A stretch of DNA of 63,972 nt, filler included, from Thermoplasmatota archaeon (GCA_041623215.1; 8 parts of 8 records of this genome joined end to end with filler, not necessarily neighbours in it), one strand, 5' to 3'. Positions 18,132 through 27,757 are shown, counted from the first letter of the whole stretch. Program-made: numbers and translations. The notes: generated by a model not told the origin, from the letters alone.

Positions 18132-20798
18132 ATGCGTCAGCAGCCCGCGTGGGCCATTTTGGTGGCCCTGCTGTTTGTCCCTCTGGCTATGGCCGGTGGG
18201 CCCGAAGAGCCCAGTAACCAAGGTCAGATTCCAGAAGACAACCCCGGCCGCGGCATGATTTACCGCGACCTCGCCATGGGGCGAGCCGGAACTCTCTGTG
18301 AGGGGCTGTATGAGATTACAGGTGGCCGCGCCCAGGGTGAGCCCATGGCTTGCACCCATGGACCTGATCCTGCGCCGGAGGGCGTTGACATCACTACGTC
18401 GGCGGCTCCTGCCACATCCGAAGACATTGCCCAGAGCACACCCATCGTTTGCGAACCGGGTGACGATGGCACGAGTGGGCTTCGCGTGCACATGCTGTAC
18501 GTGTACGAAGCGGATGAGCTGAACAGGTACGCCCAGTACGAAGCATCCTTCCCTGTGTGGGCTGGCAACGTAGAAGCAGCCTACGCGGATTCGGCCGCCG
18601 ACACTGGTGGCGAGCGCCACGTGCGGTTTGTTCACGATGGCAACTGCAACCTAGTGGTTGACGTCGTGGAAGTGGCCGACGGCGAATTGGGTAGCATCGG
18701 CAGCATGCGCACCGCCTTGTCTGCCCTAGGTTACAACTCGCCATCGCGCAAGTACCATGCCTGGGCGGACTCCAGCGTGTACTGCGGCATCGCCTACATT
18801 TACGGCGATACCAACCCGACGACCTCCACCTACACCAACAACAACGATGGCAAGTACTCCATGGTGGCCCGAACCGACCGCGGATGCTGGGGCAGCACGA
18901 ACTCCGTCGAAGCACACGAACTCATGCACAACATGGGCGGCGTCCAAACAGCGGCCCCGCACGCAACCAACGGCTGGCACTGCTACGACAACGCCGACCG
19001 CATGTGCTACAATGATGGCGGGCTGAAGGCCGGCGATTCAATGCAGAATATCTGCCCTAGCAGCTACGAGCGCCTGTTTGACTGCAACCACGACGACTAC
19101 TATCACACCAATCCACAGCCGGGCAACTGGCTCTATGACAATTGGAACTCGGCCATGAGTCGCTTCCTGTTCGAATCCGCCGGCGACACGAGCGCCCCAA
19201 GCGGACTTACCGCTACCGGCACGAGCACCACCACAATGGACCTGGCCTGGACCGACAACTCGGCCGACGAGACCGGCTTTGAAGTGCAACGCACAGCCGC
19301 CGGCGGCTCCACATGGACCACCATTGCGACCACCTTGGCCGATGCAACCAGCCACGCAGACGCCGGACTTACCGCAGACACCAGCTACGACTACCGCGTG
19401 CGTGCCCTGCGAGCCGCCGCCAACAGTGGTTGGAGCAACACCGCCACTGGAACCACATTCGGTACACCTCCTGCGGCCCCCTCGGCCCTGACCGCCACGG
19501 CCACCTCTGCCTCAACGGTTGCCCTTGCCTGGACCGACAACGCCGCCAACGAGGACAGCTACGTCGTGCAGCGGCTAAGCGGAGCCACCTGGACGACGAT
19601 TGCGACGCTGGGCGCCGATGCAAGCAGCCACACGGACACGGGCCTAGCAGGATCAACAGAGTACAGCTACCAAGTGTACGCGAGCAACAGCTACGGTGAT
19701 TCCGCCGCGGCCGGGCCTGCCAGCGCGACAACGGATTCGCCGCCGCCATTCACCGACCATGCACCCTTGACCTCCAGCACGTCGAGCGGCTCGAGCTCTG
19801 GCAGCATCAATGACCTGGACACCGACGATGGCTTGGGTCAGACCATCACAGAGCAAGCGAGCAACGGCAAGCCAAGCAACCGCCGCAGCAGCCTGCAAAC
19901 CGTGTGGACCTTCGAAGTTGGCGCGGGCGCTTTCCTGGAAGTCCTTGGCACTGGCACCGTGAGTGACAGTGGCGAAGGCGATGACATGCTGTTTGAATGG
20001 AGCAACGACCAAGCCACGTGGACGCCAGCCTTCACCATGGCGGCCGGCTCGTCCGGGAGCCACAGCAGCACCATGGACGGCGCCTCGACGGGTACGGTTT
20101 ACGTGCGTGCAACGGACGCTGACCGGACGCGTGGCAGCCAGGCCCTGGACACCTTGTTTGTGGACAGCCTCCTCATCCGCGTCCACAACTCGCTGCCCGC
20201 TGCTCCCGCAGCGCCCAGCGGCCTGACCGGTTCGGCAAGTAGCACCACGGTGTCCTTGTCGTGGACCGACAACGCTGACGATGAAACGGGCCAACGCATT
20301 GAGCGCCGCACTGGCGGCGGCGCGTGGGAAACCGCCGGCACGGTCGGCGCCGATGTCACGAGCTTCGAGGACACCGGCCTTGCCCCCAACACGGCGTACG
20401 ACTATCGGGTCTTTGCTACCAACGTTGGTGGCGATTCGACAGCCAGCAACATGGCTACGGTCACCACGGGTGACTTGCCTCCCGCCATGCACGTGGGCGA
20501 CCTTGACGGGTCTAGCAATGGCAAGAAGAAGTGGAAGGCAACGGTCAGCATCTTTGTGCAAGACACCGGCGGCGCACCGGTTTCCGGCGCCATCGTGAGC
20601 GGGCAGTGGGGCGGCGGCGGGACCAGTTCCTGTACAACCGATGGCACCGGCTGGTGCAGCGTCCAGGACGGCGGCAACGGCGGCGCGACGGAGAGCTTCT
20701 CGGTCACCGACATCACGGGCAGCCTGACCTACATGAGCAGCCTCAACTCCGACCCGGATGGCGACTCCGACGGCACCACCATCACTGTCGCTCGGTAG
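18132..20798 (+). CDS. Secreted zincin-type metallopeptidase with three fibronectin type III domains
   Basis: Signal peptide; HELMHNMG; three APSxL..W.DN..E...Y.YRV/QV FN3 repeats; C-terminal HVGDLDG domain. Confidence 0.85.
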   Translation: MRQQPAWAILVALLFVPLAMAGGPEEPSNQGQIPEDNPGRGMIYRDLAMGRAGTLCEGLYEITGGRAQGEPMACTHGPDPAPEGVDITTSAAPATSEDIAQSTPIVCEPGDDGTSGLRVHMLYVYEADELNRYAQYEASFPVWAGNVEAAYADSAADTGGERHVRFVHDGNCNLVVDVVEVADGELGSIGSMRTALSALGYNSPSRKYHAWADSSVYCGIAYIYGDTNPTTSTYTNNNDGKYSMVARTDRGCWGSTNSVEAHELMHNMGGVQTAAPHATNGWHCYDNADRMCYNDGGLKAGDSMQNICPSSYERLFDCNHDDYYHTNPQPGNWLYDNWNSAMSRFLFESAGDTSAPSGLTATGTSTTTMDLAWTDNSADETGFEVQRTAAGGSTWTTIATTLADATSHADAGLTADTSYDYRVRALRAAANSGWSNTATGTTFGTPPAAPSALTATATSASTVALAWTDNAANEDSYVVQRLSGATWTTIATLGADASSHTDTGLAGSTEYSYQVYASNSYGDSAAAGPASATTDSPPPFTDHAPLTSSTSSGSSSGSINDLDTDDGLGQTITEQASNGKPSNRRSSLQTVWTFEVGAGAFLEVLGTGTVSDSGEGDDMLFEWSNDQATWTPAFTMAAGSSGSHSSTMDGASTGTVYVRATDADRTRGSQALDTLFVDSLLIRVHNSLPAAPAAPSGLTGSASSTTVSLSWTDNADDETGQRIERRTGGGAWETAGTVGADVTSFEDTGLAPNTAYDYRVFATNVGGDSTASNMATVTTGDLPPAMHVGDLDGSSNGKKKWKATVSIFVQDTGGAPVSGAIVSGQWGGGGTSSCTTDGTGWCSVQDGGNGGATESFSVTDITGSLTYMSSLNSDPDGDSDGTTITVAR

Positions 20799-20829
20799 GC
20801 CAACTCGGCCCTACCCGCATTGAGCTTGC

Positions 20830-21678
20830 CTAGCGCTTGGCTGGGCGGTCGAGCTCGTGGCGCAGAATGGCTTCAACATCTGACGGCTCCTCAACAACGA
20901 TGCGTTGACTCGATAGCAAGAGCGCCTCGCCTTGTTCGCCAAACAGAAGCTTGACAATGAAGCGGGGCAGAGGAGCAAACGCTGGCCGCCGTAGGACCCG
21001 ACCGAGGATGCGGGCAAAGTCCCGCTGGCGCAGCGTCGCACTAACGAGATGAACCGGCCCCGATGCACGGTCATTCTGCGCCAGGTCGGCAATCCGCGTC
21101 GCCAATTCGGTGCGGCCAATCACCGGCATCCACTGCCGCCCGCCCGCCATGGGCCCGCCGAGACAGAGCCGGAAGGGCCACAACATGCGAGCAAGTGCCC
21201 CGCCATTCTTGGCCAGCACAATGCCCGTTCGCATGTGGACGACGCGCGTCTTGGTGCGTGCTGGATCACATGCCGCTTCCCACTGCTGCACCACGCCGGC
21301 GAGGAAGTCCTGGCCAGGTGAAGCGGCCGTCGTGAGCTTGTCATCGCCTCGGTGCCCGTAATAGCCCACGGCACTTGCGCAGAGGAAGGCCGGTGGCCGC
21401 TCAAGGCTGGCGATGGCATTGGCCAGATCTCGGGTGGGTCCGACGCGGGAGGACAGGATTCGTTGCTTCTTGGCTTTCGTCCAACGGCCCGTACCCACTG
21501 ATTCGCCGGCCAAGTGGATGACCACGTCCAAGTCCTCCAGAGACTGCCATGTTGGTGGCATCCAACATCGAGGCCCGGGAGTTCGCGTCAGCGCTTCTAC
21601 GTGGTGTCCGCGCCGCGTCAATTCTTCTTGCAAAGCCGTGCCAATGAGACCGGTAGCCCCCGTGATGCCAACGCGCAC
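20830..21678 (-). CDS. TIGR01777 family NAD-dependent epimerase/oxidoreductase
   Basis: ITGATGLIG, HLAGESV..RWT..K..I..SRV, ASAVGYYG. Confidence 0.92.
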   Translation of the reverse strand: MRVGITGATGLIGTALQEELTRRGHHVEALTRTPGPRCWMPPTWQSLEDLDVVIHLAGESVGTGRWTKAKKQRILSSRVGPTRDLANAIASLERPPAFLCASAVGYYGHRGDDKLTTAASPGQDFLAGVVQQWEAACDPARTKTRVVHMRTGIVLAKNGGALARMLWPFRLCLGGPMAGGRQWMPVIGRTELATRIADLAQNDRASGPVHLVSATLRQRDFARILGRVLRRPAFAPLPRFIVKLLFGEQGEALLLSSQRIVVEEPSDVEAILRHELDRPAKR

Positions 21679-21762
21679 GCCTAATTCTTGGCCGTCGTTT
21701 GATTTGATGCTTGCGCCGTTTCTGATGGGACGAGCGTTAAGGCCCAGGCGTGATGCGTCAGC

Positions 21763-23574
21763 GTGGGCGCATTCGAAGTCGCGGTCGTGCTCAGCCTTGT
21801 TGCCCTTGTGCTGTGGCTCTTCGTCCGCGAGGTCTTGCCGGTGCCCGTGACGGCGATGCTGGCGGCAGCCATCCTGATGCTGGTGCCAGCTCAGTCGTGG
21901 GACGGTGCCATTCTGAGCCCCGAGGAGGGGCTCAGCGGGTTCAGTAGCCAGGCAACAGTTGCCATCTTGGCCATGTTCGTCCTGTCAGCAGGCGTTGAGC
22001 GCTCCGGCGCCGTGGCATTCATCAGCAACCGTTTGAGCCGGGTGGCCGGCCGTTCACCGCGCCGCCAAGCCGTGACGCTGGGCGCCGTGGCTGGCCCCTT
22101 ATCGGGCTTCGTCAACAACACGCCCGTGGTGGCCGTGTTGATGCCGGTTGCGTCGCGCCTGGCACGTGAAGCCGGGCACAGCCCCGGCCGCCTGCTGATG
22201 CCGCTGTCATTCTTCGCCATGCTCGGAGGCACATTGACGCTGGTCGGCACCAGTACGAGTCTCCTTGGCAACGATTTGTTGCCTGGCCTCGGCATCAAGC
22301 CGTTTGGCTTCTTCGAGTTCACATTGGTTGGCATCGTAGGGCTGGCCGTGGCGATGGTGTACTTCGCCACGTTCGGCATGTCCTTGATGCCACGACGCGG
22401 CGACGGGGACGCAGTTGCCCGCTTTGATTTGCAGGGCTTCATGGCGGAACTGGAAGTGGCCGGGGATTCCCCCAGCGTCGGGCTGGACCTGCATGACGCG
22501 GGCTTGACGCGCAAAGATGGGGTGCAGGTGGTGCGCATTTTCCGCGGCGACCGCGTCATCTCGTCTCCTCGGCACATGTTTCGCCTCGAGCCAGGCGATC
22601 TGCTGATGGTGCAGGGCAGCCGCGACCGCTTGGAAGCACTCCCGGAGAAGACCGGCCTTCGCAGTTTAGCCGAATTGTTGCACAGCCTTGACGACATCAA
22701 CCCGGGCGTTCGGCAGGAAGCGGTCGGGACTGCAGAACTGATTGTTCCGCCCGGCAGCACCGTCGTAGGGCGGTCCTTGCGGCAACTTCGCTTCCGGGAC
22801 CGGTTCGATGCATTGGTAATCGCGATTCGTCACCATGAACGCGTTGCGTTTGGCACCCTGGCCGACACGGTGCTGCGCCCCGGCGATGTGCTCTTGGTGC
22901 AGGGTCATCCAGACGCCTTGGCGCGCCTCGAAGAAAACGCCCTGTTCTACTTGAGCCGCGAGCGCCACCAAGAGGTGTTTCGCCACGACAAGATTGCCAT
23001 CGCCCTCGGCATTTTGCTGAGCGTCGTAGTCTTGGCGGCCCTGGGCTGGACGCCGCTCGTAACCGCCGCGTTGGCCGGCGCCGTCGCCATGGTCCTCACG
23101 GGATGCCTACGCATTAACGAGTTTCTTGGCTCCATCCACTGGGACATCATTCTGTTGCTGGCCGGCATTATCCCCCTCGGGTTAGCGGTGCAAAAGAGCG
23201 GCGCATCCGACCTCCTTGCCAGCGGCCTAGCCTGGGTAGGCGGGTACTTGCCACCCCTGGCCTTCCTCATCTTGGTCTTCCTTGCCACCAGCCTCGTCAC
23301 CGAAATGGTGAGCAATAATGCCAGCGTCGTCCTGTTGGTGCCGGTGGTGGTGGCCGCGGCCATTAGCCTCGGCTTAGACGGGCGTCCGTTTGCGCTTGCC
23401 GTCATGCTATCCGCGTCTACCAGTATGCTCACGCCCGTCGGCTACCAAACCAATACCATGGTGTACGCGCCCGGCGGCTACCGGTTCACCGATTACCTGC
23501 GCGTTGGTGGACCGCTGAACCTAATCCTGGTCGTGGTGCTGCCGCTCATGATTGCCTGGCTCTTCCCCCTGTAG
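21763..23574 (+). CDS. SLC13 family permease with two TrkA-C domains
   Basis: SGFVNNTPVVA, GGTLTLVGTST, SNNAS, TPVGYQTN.MVY.PGGY.F.DY. Confidence 0.93.
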   Translation: MGAFEVAVVLSLVALVLWLFVREVLPVPVTAMLAAAILMLVPAQSWDGAILSPEEGLSGFSSQATVAILAMFVLSAGVERSGAVAFISNRLSRVAGRSPRRQAVTLGAVAGPLSGFVNNTPVVAVLMPVASRLAREAGHSPGRLLMPLSFFAMLGGTLTLVGTSTSLLGNDLLPGLGIKPFGFFEFTLVGIVGLAVAMVYFATFGMSLMPRRGDGDAVARFDLQGFMAELEVAGDSPSVGLDLHDAGLTRKDGVQVVRIFRGDRVISSPRHMFRLEPGDLLMVQGSRDRLEALPEKTGLRSLAELLHSLDDINPGVRQEAVGTAELIVPPGSTVVGRSLRQLRFRDRFDALVIAIRHHERVAFGTLADTVLRPGDVLLVQGHPDALARLEENALFYLSRERHQEVFRHDKIAIALGILLSVVVLAALGWTPLVTAALAGAVAMVLTGCLRINEFLGSIHWDIILLLAGIIPLGLAVQKSGASDLLASGLAWVGGYLPPLAFLILVFLATSLVTEMVSNNASVVLLVPVVVAAAISLGLDGRPFALAVMLSASTSMLTPVGYQTNTMVYAPGGYRFTDYLRVGGPLNLILVVVLPLMIAWLFPL

Positions 23575-23907
23575 GGCCAAAGGACACGGGCACGGTTTGG
23601 CCGCCAGGAGTCGCCATTGCTCGTCAAGCGGGTCCACGAAGGCGTCTTGCTTTGCCTTCGAATGCTTGGCTAGGCGGCCCTCAAGCGGGCTGGCATGACG
23701 GTAACCGCGCGCCACCATTTCCGCCACCAACAATTCATGGCGTGCTAGCAAAGCAGCCTCCTTGCCTACCCAGCGAAGCGTCTCCGGGTGCTTCGCGTAA
23801 CCCTGCTTACCTTGCGTCAAGACATTCCACAACCCATGCAACTCTCGGTGCTCGCCCAACAAGTGCTGCCGACAAAGCGCCTCCGGAGGAACGTCCCATA
23901 TGCGCAC
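23521..23907 (-). CDS. Pyrimidine dimer DNA glycosylase (T4 endonuclease V-like)
   Basis: (M)RIWDV...L.RQHLLGEHRE...GYAKHPETLRW...EMVARGYRH. Confidence 0.85.
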   Translation of the reverse strand: MRIWDVPPEALCRQHLLGEHRELHGLWNVLTQGKQGYAKHPETLRWVGKEAALLARHELLVAEMVARGYRHASPLEGRLAKHSKAKQDAFVDPLDEQWRLLAAKPCPCPLALQGEEPGNHERQHHDQD

Positions 23908-23950
23908 AAGCACCCTTGTCCTTGGGCCCTCAAGAAAGCGTCGACAAGGC

Positions 23951-24589
23951 CTACCGATTGGACTGATGCGCCGCCAGCGCCTCGGCGCGCGCCTTGGCCC
24001 GACGCTTGGCCGCCACGCTTTGCCGAATGGACCACACAATACGAAGGCCATACTCCATCAAGACAACGAAGCCGAAGTACATGGCCAAAATAGCCGCATG
24101 ATCGACCAAGCGAAGCATTTGCTCCACGGCGTCCACGAACGTCGTAAACTCCTGCTGCACAAGGAACACACCCAGCAAACCCAACGGGAGCATCTTAGCC
24201 AAATCGTGACTGGCTGGCTCCGAAATGTAAGCACCAACGCGCACCGCGACCAAAATCGCCATGCTCGTCGTGAAAATCACCAACGCGTCGCGCTCCGGGC
24301 CACCTAGGAACAACAGCGCCGCCGATAACAGGAGAAAATAGGCCGCCCCAATCAACGGAAACGTCGCCAAATGCAGAAACGCACTCGTACCGTCCCCCAC
24401 GACGCGCCGCCCATCGGCCAGCTTCTTGCCAAACATCACACGACGACTAATCACCTGATAGAACGCATTCACCACCAACGCGTAGGTTAGAATCCCCATG
24501 GCAATGAGCCCCAGGCCCTGCAATGCCGGCCCGTATTGATCCCAAAAGGACGTCGCCGCATCCGTCGCCGCAGCCAATGGGCTAAACAC
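23951..24589 (-). CDS. Hypothetical multi-pass membrane protein
   Basis: About 5 TM helices; VRVGAY...HDLAKMLPL. Confidence 0.75.
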   Translation of the reverse strand: MFSPLAAATDAATSFWDQYGPALQGLGLIAMGILTYALVVNAFYQVISRRVMFGKKLADGRRVVGDGTSAFLHLATFPLIGAAYFLLLSAALLFLGGPERDALVIFTTSMAILVAVRVGAYISEPASHDLAKMLPLGLLGVFLVQQEFTTFVDAVEQMLRLVDHAAILAMYFGFVVLMEYGLRIVWSIRQSVAAKRRAKARAEALAAHQSNR

Positions 24590-24613
24590 GCAGCAAACTC
24601 CCCGCCTGAACGC

Positions 24614-24885
24614 TTACCCCTGGCGGCTGGGGTCGATGCCCAGACGGGGCCACTGGACAACGGGGCCTCAGCACCCAAGCTCAAGCCAACCACCCCAACA
24701 CTTCAATACAAACGGGCAAACCGGGAATCCTCGACGAGCAACCGGCCGCACACGAGGGGAGGGCCCAATTCTTGCTAACCGAAATACGGCCAGCACCCAC
24801 GCAGCGTGGCCGGTTGTTTGTCGTTCATGTTTGGCGGCCGCAGCGCGTTGGGTTGGCACCCGATACCTGGCCGGAGTTGGGGTAA
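24614..24885 (+). ncRNA. Candidate structured non-coding RNA, family unknown
   Basis: 20-nt arms 24732-24751/24804-24823 pair at 19 of 20 positions with 3 G-U; outer pairings 24614-24620/24879-24885 and 24624-24631/24866-24873. Confidence 0.4.
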
Positions 24886-24970
24886 ACCCAGCAAGCGAAG
24901 CGACGAAACCATTGGACCCACCGCCCGATTCAAACGACAAGCCCATGATGGGCTAGGCGGTCGCCAACGC

Positions 24971-25191
24971 ATGACGACCGAGGTCTCCGGGTACCGTTTG
25001 CTTCGCCCCCTCAAGGGCAGGAACCCGGACGAAGCACACCGAGCCGCCACGCCACTGGAGCTGTTCTTTGACCTCGTGTTCGTGGTCGCCATCGCCCAAG
25101 CAGCCGCCGGCTTGCACCACGGCATCGCCGAGAACCACATGACGGACGCGATTGTCAACTACTTGCTGGCGTTCTTTGCCATTTGGTGGGC
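24971..25191 (+). CDS. ltrA: Low temperature requirement protein A family, 3'-truncated
   Basis: HRAATPLELFFDLVFVVAIAQ...FFAIWW. Confidence 0.9.
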
Positions 25192-25291
25192 NNNNNNNNN
25201 NNNNNNNNNNNNNNNNNNNNNNNNNNNNNNNNNNNTTAATTAATTAANNNNNNNNNNNNNNNNNNNNNNNNNNNNNNNNNNNNNNNNNNNN
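25192..25291. other. Artificial contig linker
   Basis: N44-TTAATTAATTAA-N44. Confidence 0.99.
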
Positions 25292-25327
25292 CCGGCGTCC
25301 ATCCGCTCCCAGCCTCACTTCGTTCGA

Positions 25328-25353
25328 ATGGGACCGGCCGGGATCGAACCGGC
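25328..25353 (-). repeat. Exact 26-nt direct repeat of the tRNA-Phe 3' end
   Basis: atgggaccggccgggatcgaaccggc at 25328-25353 equals 25434-25459. Confidence 0.95.
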
Positions 25354-25410
25354 TGTCGCTCGTTGCCTGTGTCAACTCGCTCCCACCGCTTCGATGCCCG
25401 AACGCATCAG

Positions 25411-25430
25411 GCGCCATGCATGCATGGCGC
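25411..25430. repeat. Perfect 20-bp palindrome immediately downstream of tRNA-Phe
   Basis: gcgccatgcatgcatggcgc is its own reverse complement. Confidence 0.9.
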
Positions 25431-25434
25431 AGTA

Positions 25435-25507
25435 TGGGACCGGCCGGGATCGAACCGGCGACATCCAGATCTTCAGTCTGGCACTCTCCCAACTGAGTTA
25501 CAGTCCC
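25435..25507 (-). tRNA. tRNA-Phe(GAA), no intron, CCA not encoded
   Basis: GGGACTGTAACTCAGTTGGGAGAGTGCCAGACTGAAGATCTGGATGTCGCCGGTTCGATCCCGGCCGGTCCCA folds as a cloverleaf. Confidence 0.97.
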
Positions 25508-25542
25508 AAGGAGGTAAGGCCCGCCGATTCTGGGGTGCTATA

Positions 25543-26436
25543 TCACCGCTTTGACCGGGCCAGGGCGCCAAGCAAGCCAAGAACGGCCACAAACGACCAC
25601 GCCGGCACGCCGGGCGCGTCGTTGGAGGAATCGCTGACGCCGGGCTCCGCCTCGCGGTCCGGGGTGGCGGCCTCTGATGACGGCATGAGCAGAAGAGTCG
25701 TGTCAGCGGCGGGTTGCGCTACGCGGGCGACCACGTAGTGAACACCCGTTTCGGCCGGTTCGATGTCCACTTCGAAGGCGCCCACGGCGTCGAAGGATTG
25801 CAGGATGGCAAAGTCGTCCGGCCAGACGCCTGGCACCTCACTGGTGCGTGTTGCCACCCAGACGTTCATGGCCAAGTCAGCCGGCACATCCGTTGGCTGG
25901 AAGTCTTCGTCCATGGCGGCGACATTGAAGGCTACGTGAAACGGCGCGCCTTGGGTCAACTGCCAATTGAAAATGACGTGGGCTTCCGCGACGGAGGTCC
26001 ACTTGGCCGTGCATTCGCACGACTGGTCAAACACGAGTTGGAATGTGGCTTCGTCAGCACCTAGGTTACTGAGGCGAAGCACGTAGTGGCCCGTTTCGGG
26101 GAAGGTTACGGAGGCGAGGCCGGTGCCTTGGGACCAAGTCCAAGCCGCCACGACCGTTTCGTTGTCGGGGGCCACAAGGGTTGCGTCAAGATTCGCTCCA
26201 GCGACCACGTAATCAACCAACAGGACCCAGCCGGCAAGCAGATTCGCGTCGGATGTGAAACTAATGGGCACATCCAGCGAGGTCCCCGCTGGTACCGTGC
26301 CGCTCTGGGGGCACAAGTGGGTCAGATGGGCCGTCGTTGTGGAGATGCAATCGCCCCAGCCATCCTCATGGCCTTCGTGCGCGGAGGCGGTCGGCAGCAA
26401 AGCGAGGCCAACGGCGACGGCAATGAGTAGCTTCAA
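25543..26436 (-). CDS. Secreted surface protein with C-terminal APGV-TM-RSKR sorting signal
   Basis: Signal peptide MKLLIAVAVGLALLPTASA; tail NDAPGVPAWSFVAVLGLLGALARSKR. Confidence 0.8.
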   Translation of the reverse strand: MKLLIAVAVGLALLPTASAHEGHEDGWGDCISTTTAHLTHLCPQSGTVPAGTSLDVPISFTSDANLLAGWVLLVDYVVAGANLDATLVAPDNETVVAAWTWSQGTGLASVTFPETGHYVLRLSNLGADEATFQLVFDQSCECTAKWTSVAEAHVIFNWQLTQGAPFHVAFNVAAMDEDFQPTDVPADLAMNVWVATRTSEVPGVWPDDFAILQSFDAVGAFEVDIEPAETGVHYVVARVAQPAADTTLLLMPSSEAATPDREAEPGVSDSSNDAPGVPAWSFVAVLGLLGALARSKR

Positions 26437-26645
26437 TCTTGGTCCTCCGCGGCATCATCGGCGTTGAGGCGGCGCCACATGAGCCAACCGGCGAGGCCCA
26501 GAAGAGCCACCACGGCCACGATGATGACGGCGGTCCACACGACGGGAAACTCCGATTCCACGCAGGCATGCAAGACGCTCGTTCCCTGGCGGGCGGCGTC
26601 TTCGGGGCACTCAGCGAGGATGCGTGGCGGGGCCATGGCGGTCAC
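26433..26645 (-). CDS. Small single-pass membrane protein
   Basis: TM VVWTAVIIVAVVALLGLAGWLMW followed by RR; TTGA overlap with the next gene. Confidence 0.6.
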   Translation of the reverse strand: MTAMAPPRILAECPEDAARQGTSVLHACVESEFPVVWTAVIIVAVVALLGLAGWLMWRRLNADDAAEDQD

Positions 26646-26694
26646 CCAAGCCCAGGTCGTTTATGGGTTGTGGTCACGACCGGTGGCCGTGTTG

Positions 26695-27234
26695 CTACCG
26701 GAAGCGGATGCCAATGGCTTGGCCCATTTCGTCGTAGGGGTCGTCGGGGAAACCCAGTTCCTCCTCGGGCAAGCGGTCAAACCATTGGTAGCGGTCGATG
26801 ACGCGGTCCTCGATTTCCCGCACCTTGGCCCCGAGGTGCCCTTTGAACACGAATGCCGTGCCGTTGGGTTTCTGAATCTTGGTGACGAATTGAGGTTCGG
26901 ACAGCAAGTGCCCGGTTTCTTCGCGAAACTCCCGTAAGGCGCAATGGACGGGGCCTTCCATGCCCTCGAACTTGCCCCCGGGCAACTCCCAGCCACGCTC
27001 CGGGTTGTGGACCATCAGAAACTGCGTGTCGCCGCCGTTCCCCCGTGTCGCCACGATGATGGTGTATTCGCCCACGTCCTCGGTCGCCGGGTCGGCATCC
27101 TGGGCCGGTGCAGACTTGGTCGTCTGTGCTGGGCGTTCGGGCCGATTGGGCGCTACGGTGCCGCCACTCCACTGTGCTTCGTCAGCCGCGGCCGTCGCGT
27201 CGTCATTGGTCTCTGAGGTAGGCGCCGAGGTCAT
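26695..27234 (-). CDS. NUDIX hydrolase
   Basis: WELPGGKFEGMEGPVHCALREFREETG Nudix box; start inferred at MTSAPT. Confidence 0.9.
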   Translation of the reverse strand: MTSAPTSETNDDATAAADEAQWSGGTVAPNRPERPAQTTKSAPAQDADPATEDVGEYTIIVATRGNGGDTQFLMVHNPERGWELPGGKFEGMEGPVHCALREFREETGHLLSEPQFVTKIQKPNGTAFVFKGHLGAKVREIEDRVIDRYQWFDRLPEEELGFPDDPYDEMGQAIGIRFR

Positions 27235-27757
27235 GCGCGGAGCGCACAGCTTCCCTGTCACCCTTGAACCTGCCGACGACCGTACCCAACCCGAGCGCGT
27301 CGCCGCGGGGGTCGCAAACGACACAGGTGTCGCCGACGCGCAGTTGCCCGTCGTACCACAATACGGAGCGGCCCAAAATGTGGCGGCCGTAGAGAAACAG
27401 GCGCGCGGCGCGTTCGGTGACCCGCACGGTCCCCGCTTTGGTGGCATCGGCCCACAACACAGCGCCTTGCAGGTCGACGCCGAAGCCTTCAGCGTCCACG
27501 GCCCCCAGGGGCAGCCCGGCGGCCACAGCGTCCGCAAGGATTCCCGGCGGCAATTCGGCCGCTTCAGGAGATACCAGGGCCAGCGTGTATTCTGGCCCAG
27601 CCTCTTCGCCTTCTGAGTCGTCCGGCACCGAGCGGTCCGGCGTCTCGTAGGCGACGACATCGCACTGGGCGATGATGCGCCCAGCAAGTCCCTTCTCGAC
27701 GCCGTTCAGGGCACGCTCCAAGGCGCGCAGTTGCTCCGCGTTTGCTGGCTCGATCAT
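27203..27757 (-). CDS. Nip7-like PUA-domain ribosome biogenesis protein
   Basis: AARLFLYGRHIL and C-terminal DLGAYLR; coupled to the NOP2 homolog. Confidence 0.75.
   Translation of the reverse strand: MIEPANAEQLRALERALNGVEKGLAGRIIAQCDVVAYETPDRSVPDDSEGEEAGPEYTLALVSPEAAELPPGILADAVAAGLPLGAVDAEGFGVDLQGAVLWADATKAGTVRVTERAARLFLYGRHILGRSVLWYDGQLRVGDTCVVCDPRGDALGLGTVVGRFKGDREAVRSAHDLGAYLRDQ

Noticed and set aside
24614..24885. Assignment of the structured gap as SRP RNA, RNase P RNA, or a cobalamin or c-di-GMP riboswitch
   Set aside because: Only isolated fragments (GCCACTG, GGGAA, GGCAAAC) are present; the full signatures are missing
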